Below, piece by piece: positions 58,742-64,000 of a stretch of DNA of 64,000 nucleotides. Position 1 is the first letter of the stretch; each line of letters starts with the position of its first letter. A model generated the notes under the pieces. It saw only the letters and a list, made by a program, of their open reading frames with translations, did no database searches and was not told where the DNA came from. The position numbers and the translations under genes are program-made. Source of the DNA: an uncultured bacterium (GTDB lineage Bacteria; Patescibacteriota; Doudnabacteria; UBA920); NCBI GenBank assembly GCA_963749445.1, contig CAVVMJ010000003.1, forward strand, positions 128,715 to 192,714, read 5' to 3'.

Positions 58742-59058
58742 TTTGCTCACCCCCTTTTTATCCGCCCCGAAAGCAATGAGAGATGTCATGTTTCGGGTGC
58801 GGTATTTGTTTCATCAAAGAATGATTTCCGCCAGACCTGGGCGGATAACCCTCCGAAGCTTTCCGCTGGTCCGCCATAACTTTAGCGGCGGCGGAAGCGA
58901 AGGAGGGCAATAAATCGACACCGCCATTATATCAGTTTAAGCCAAAATCCGCCAAATCGGTTATCCCCTAGCTAGCAGTTAGCCTTTAGCTGATAGCGTT
59001 TAGCTAGACACTGAAGACTGGTTCGCTAAATGCTAATTGCCAACTGCTAAATGCTTTT

Positions 59059-60448
59059 TTACCATCCAAACATTTTTCCTACCTCTTCCGGCCCTTCGCG
59101 CCTTCTGGCGATTTTAATTTCGCCGTTTTGGGCGATTAGTTTGGCCGGACTGGACAGCAGGCAGTGGTGCGAGGCCAAGGAATCCTGATAGGCGCCGGTA
59201 TCCAATATAGCAATGTACAATTCATCGGTATCATCCAGCCGCGGCAGTAAAATGTAATCGCCGCCGGCCGTGTATTTGTCATCACTATCGCACGAAGAGC
59301 CGGCCAGCCAGACTTTGTCCAGTTTGCGCGTGTTCATATAGTTAACCGGTATGACGTGCCATTTTTGGTGGATGGCCCAGGTGTCTATCAAATCGTTCAT
59401 AAAACTGCCGTCTATCACATACCATTTGACGTTGCCTTTGTTGCCTACGTCTTTTTGGGTTAGAATTTTGTAGATGGTAATCTGCGCGGGCGCGGCCACG
59501 TAGCTGCCCCACTCCACAATCAGGTTGGGATGCCTTATGCCGAGCTTGTCCGCTTCTTTTTTGGCGGTTTTGACGATTTGCTGCACCAGATTTTTGCCCG
59601 TGTAAAAGTGCTTCTTTTTTTCAAACGGCACGCCGGCGCCGCCGCCGATGTCCAAAGTGTCCAGCTGCGGATTTTTTTCCTTCAGCTCGGCGTACAAGGC
59701 CAATGTCCGCTTTAAGGGTTTAATAAATCCTTGGATGTTTTCAATCTGTTTGGAAATGTGGTAATGCAGCGTTGAAAGATTTCTGACTTTGCCGATTTTG
59801 CGCAGTTCTTCTTCGGTAAAGCCGAAACGGTTGAATTTTTTGTCCCAGTGGGATTGGACTTTAATGTCCAGATTCACGCGGATGCCGACTTCGCCTTTAA
59901 ATTTGGCCATCCGTTCCAGTTCCGTATAGTCTTCAATAATTGGGATGACAATCAGCCCTTTGCTTTTTAATTCTTCAATCAGGCTGATGTATTTTTCGGT
60001 TTTTGGGCCGTTGCAAATGACGCGGATTTTGGCGTTGAATTTGTCCTGCTCAATCATCCGTCTTGACCAAGAACAGTTCGTTGGCGCTTGCCACGTCCAA
60101 ATTGGCGCCTTCGGCCACGGCCGGCAAAACAAATTCCTTGTTCTGGTTGGCTTTCATGGCGTAATGGTAATAAAATTTGCCTTTGTAGCCCAGTACTTTA
60201 ATGTAGGCGTTAAAGGTTTCAATTAGGTCCCGCACGCGGTTTTCTATAACCGTGGGGAAGACGATTTCCGTGGAGGTGCCGTACTTTTTGACAATGTCAA
60301 AGATGTTGTATTGGTAATTGCCTTCGCGCACCATAAGTTCGCCGTCCTGGCTGATGTCAAAATTGTGGGTATTGTATTCCTCAATGCCCAGGCGCCAGAA
60401 TTTGCGGAAGCCGTTCTTCTTTTTTTTGGTTCGATGTTTTATCGGCAT
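59059..60448 (-). CDS. speA: Arginine decarboxylase (SpeA-like, PLP-dependent), with an apparent frameshift near 60060-60130.
   Basis: N-terminal HYAMKANQNKEF (the PLP-lysine region) and C-terminal fold-III decarboxylase sequence. Confidence 0.6.
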
Positions 60449-60479
60449 AGGTGGATGATTTATGTACTACAAATGGCGG

Positions 60480-60545
60480 TTCTTGTAGTGGCATGCCGGG
60501 GCATGCTGTTTTCTGTCCAGGCACGCCACGGCGTGCCTCTACGTG
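60480..60545. repeat. Family-I tandem-hairpin element (copy I2).
   Basis: ggcatgccggggcatgc...ggcacgccacggcgtgcc. Confidence 0.6.
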
Positions 60546-60546
60546 C

Positions 60547-61730
60547 TTATTGATTAATGTGCGCGACTTTGGCAACCGGGAAGCCGTTAAAGTCCGTGGC
60601 CGAGGCTAAAGTGTAAGCGCCAATATTTTCCGCGTAAAGCAAATCGTCAATTTGCAAATCTTCCGGCAGTTCATCAGCCAGTGAGATTGTATCAAAAGCG
60701 TCGCAGGTCGGTCCAAAAGTGGCGCAAAGTTTGAGTTCGCCATCTTTAAAAGCGTGAAGCGGGTAATGCTGGTGGTCATAAACCTGGCCGGAAAAAGTAT
60801 GATACACGCCATCATCAAGATAATAACAAGTTTTGCCGTCGCGAATGGATTTGCCGATAATTTTTGTCACCAAGGTGCAGGCTGTGGCCACCATAAATCG
60901 GCCAGGTTCGGCAATAACCTGGATGTTGTCTTTGCCGAACAAGCGTTTAATTTCCGATATTCAATTTTTTAGCCAAAGCGGAAAATGATTTTACATCCGG
61001 TGCGTATTTAACCGGAAACCCGCCGCCAATATCCAAAACTTTTTTCTTTTTGCCCTCTTTATCCGTAAAACCAATTTCAAAATTCCGCAAAGCAGCTTCC
61101 TTCAAAATAGAATGCGCAAAATTCAGCGCTTGCAAATAGTTGTCAAAATTATTGCATTGACTGCCCACGTGAAAACTAATGCCTTCCACATCCAAACCCA
61201 TGCCAATGGCCTCGGCAATTAGATCCACGGCTTCGCCGGGATGCGCGCCAAATTTGGAAGACAGCTCCACCATACTTCCGGTGTTGGGCACGCGAATGCG
61301 TAAAACTAGCCCTACGTCCGGCGCGTGTTGCTTGATTTTTTTCAGTTCCTCAATATTGTCAAAAGTTACCAAAATTTTGTACGGGTTTAATTTTGTCAAA
61401 ACTTTGAACGGCTTAATAGTGTTGGCGTAAATAATTTTGTCCCAAATAAAATCTTGGCGTTCTTTGTCCGGCCAGGTTTCAATATTTTTATAAACAAGCT
61501 TGAATTCGTAAATTGAAGCCACGTCAAAGCTGGAGCCAAGGTCAAACATGGTTTTAATTATCTCAGGATTGGAATTAGCCTTAACCGCAAAATACGGTTG
61601 CACATCCGGCAATTTTTCACGGAATTCCTTAAAATTGTTGCGCTTAGGATTTCGTGGTCAACCACAAACAGCGGCGTGCCGTTTTTAGCCGCCAATTCCT
61701 GTAAAAGTTTTTTTCGTTCTTGGGTCATAG
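60547..61730 (-). CDS. Ornithine/lysine/DAP decarboxylase family protein (fold-III PLP), with 2 apparent frameshifts (about 60945 and about 61640).
   Basis: PYFAVKANSNPEI, GFHVGSQ, DIGGGFPV, and the C-terminal beta-barrel half in another frame. Confidence 0.7.
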
Positions 61731-61880
61731 AATTTAAATTACTAATATATTTAAATGGTATTGATGATAGCGAATTTCAATACGAATACGGTTTAAGATT
61801 AGTATTATTTGTACTATTCGCATGCATTAGTATATTGGTATCACATTAATAATCTATGGAATAAACCGGAAGTTTTCAAA

Positions 61881-63311
61881 TTGCCAAACATCGGCAGTGG
61901 GTTTGGTTGGCTGGATTTTCTTTAAAATAGACTACGCGGTTTTTAATGGGAGTCCAGTCCGAGGCCTTGGAAATAAAATTGCCTAAATAAGGTTTAGCAA
62001 TATCCAGTACAAAGTCGTGCGGTAAATCATCGGGTAAATTCAAATCCCCTTTTCGGGTTTTCTATCATCCAAAGTACGCGCTGATAACACCCGAGCGCGA
62101 CCTGCAAAGTTGTGGCATTTTGTCCCGGCGCCAGCCTTCTGGCTTCTTCTATGGAAAGATCGCTGCCTGTCCACCAGGAATTTATTCATGGCCCATAAGC
62201 AAAGCGCCTAAGATATCCGCGCCAGTAGTAATTTCATCTTCCATAATTCTTAATTTTGGCGGCAAAACATAATTTCTGCCGCGAAGTTCGCAAAGGGAAG
62301 ACAAAGTTTCGTGGCAAGGCATATATGCGTAATGCACGGTGGGACGAAAAACGGCCTTTTCTCCTTCCCAAACTGTAAGTCGATCTGATAATCCAAAAGC
62401 TTCGCCATGGCGGATAACCATGCCCACAATTTCCTGGTCCGGAATCCAGGACCTGACCCAGGTGTTCATACCCATTTGCGCCAAAGCGATTTGGTTTTTT
62501 GGGCCATATGGCGGAACATGCGCCAGAGTTCGGGAAGTTTTTGCTCATGCGTACCCCAGCCCATTTCCGCCGGCGCCGTGCCTTCTTCCCGAAGGCCTTC
62601 TATGCTCCAGGTGCCCACGAATTCATCCACTTCCTTGGGCCGATTGGTAATTTGCGTGTCGCGCTCGCTGCAATGAATGACTTTGACCTTAGTTTTTGGC
62701 CAAGCAAATTAAATTTGCGGGATTTGATTAATTCTTCCAGTTCTTCTTTGTCTTTCCCGGTTGCTTTTCCATCAGCTATCATTTTATTTGCAATATCAAT
62801 CAGCCCTTGTTTTACAAAATGTGAAATCAGCCCTGGATTAGCGCCATGGTCAACCACTGCAGTAGGCGCGTTCTTTCGGCCAGTCTTTGATCATTTCGCG
62901 GAGTTTCATTTGCCGCCAGTAAAGCGATTTTTCAAACGGACTGTCTTTAAATAATCCCTTCTAAAGAATCCCAAACCTCCACCGAAGTATTTACGTACAA
63001 AACATTATGGTCATGGCACCAGCCAATAATATCATTGGCGCCGATATTCCAGGCCAAATCAATAATCAGGCCGCCATTGTCCGTGTATTTGGCAAGTTCT
63101 TTGCCCATATTTTCCGGGGTAATCCGGTTGTCGGACAAATTTTACGCCTTTATCCGTAAATTTTTTTAAACTTTGGCTTTGTCTTCAAAATCCATAATGG
63201 TGACATTTTTCGGGTCAACTTTCAAATTCTCCAAAAGAACCGGCAAAGTGCATTGCGAAACCGAGCCATAGCCGATAATTAAGATTTTGTGGTTGAATTT
63301 TTTCTTAGTCA
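61881..63311 (-). pseudogene. hss: Homospermidine synthase-like gene (saccharopine-dehydrogenase fold), broken into at least 5 frame fragments.
   Basis: N-terminal ILIIGYGSVSQCTLPVLL, then VDHGANPGLISHFVKQGL and AYMPCHE...LPPKLRIMEDEITTGADILGALLMGHE, in different frames. Confidence 0.45.
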
Positions 63312-63336
63312 TTTTTTTGGTTGCACTTTTTTTGTA

Positions 63337-63445
63337 CCATTCCGAGCGAGTGCATCCGAGTCGAGGAATCTGTTACCCATCGATTATTGATAAACAACAG
63401 ATCCCTCCACTCGCCCTCAGATGCATTCGGCCTCGGTCGGGATGG
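63337..63445. repeat. Family-D palindromic element (copy D2).
   Basis: ccattccgagcgagtgcatccgagtcgaggaatctgtt...aacagatccctccactcgccctcagatgcattcggcctcggtcgggatgg. Confidence 0.6.
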
Positions 63446-63826
63446 AGACAAGACTAAATTAATTAATGTGAACAAAAAAACGCGATTCAAATTGAATCCG
63501 TTTACAATTAACCCGCCAAAAATTTTTGTGGCTGAGTTGAAGCAGTCAGTTTTATCGAATCATTGTTCAAATTTTTATTAATTTTGTCTGGAGAAAAAAA
63601 TTTTAGGCGGGTAAAATTAAGCCATTGAATTGACTTGCTGCTTGGGATGAAATAGTCGTGCGGATAATTGTTCTGGTCACCTTTCCGGAGTTAATAAAAC
63701 ATTAAGCCTAATTTACATTAAACGGTTGGGTTTGTCAAATAGTTTTTAAACCTTTTTACTATTTGTAAGGAATAAAAAATATTTGATAAAATTGCAGTAT
63801 ACATCATTAGCACCAAAGTATGGGAA

Positions 63827-64000
63827 CTAAATATGACGTAGATGAAAAATTTTTTGAAAAATGGACTCCTGTTATGGCGTATGTCCTGGGATATTTGTAT
63901 GCCGACGGCAGTTTGGAAAATGCGCCATATCTCCGGGGTAAGTATCTGCGGCTTACCAGTACAGATAAAGACCTTGTTGATTTTACAAGAAACGCTTTGA
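63827..64000 (+). CDS. LAGLIDADG-family homing-endonuclease-like protein (5' part; continues beyond the window).
   Basis: VLGYLYADGSL motif. Confidence 0.55.

Noticed and set aside
1-64000. CRISPR array
   Set aside because: Many short repeats are present, but none are regularly spaced identical direct repeats with unique spacers. The copies are dispersed, palindromic and of different families.

Overview
This 64 kb window looks like chromosomal DNA from a small-genome bacterium with about 47% GC and mostly no Shine-Dalgarno sequences, consistent with a CPR/Patescibacteria-like organism. It carries the replication-origin neighbourhood: recF, dnaN and dnaA on the minus strand, an oriC-like spacer, then rpmH-rnpA-yidD-yidC-jag on the plus strand. 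Other recognisable housekeeping genes are polA (runs off the window), ruvB, ruvC, yebC, rsmI, tyrS, rpsA, gyrA, tsaE, pilB and a tRNA with anticodon UAU. There are also two class-A PBPs, a 2220-aa bacterial alpha-2-macroglobulin with a CTEQ thioester next to a PbpC-like PBP, a 1938-aa Ser/Thr-rich surface protein with tandem ~80-aa repeats, and a polyamine locus (speA, an Orn/Lys decarboxylase and a fragmented homospermidine synthase). The most notable feature is the density of short palindromic repeat families (here called A, B, C, D, F/G, H, I, plus a recurring 'TTAACCCGCC' motif). Several copies sit in-frame inside conserved genes (polA, rsmI, a RibD-C-like gene, a WaaL-like gene), much like Rickettsia palindromic elements. 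There is one IS1-family insertion sequence with an A7C -1 frameshift site. There are three compositionally foreign segments with canonical SD sequences or atypical GC: an AT-rich HEPN-motif gene after the PbpC-like gene, a GC-rich three-gene island beside pilB that is bracketed by direct repeats, and a GC-rich two-gene cassette followed by a terminator and a perfect 36-bp palindrome. Many conserved genes carry apparent frameshifts, most of the sited ones at T/A homopolymers, so sequencing indels are more likely than true pseudogenes. No rRNA or CRISPR array is visible.
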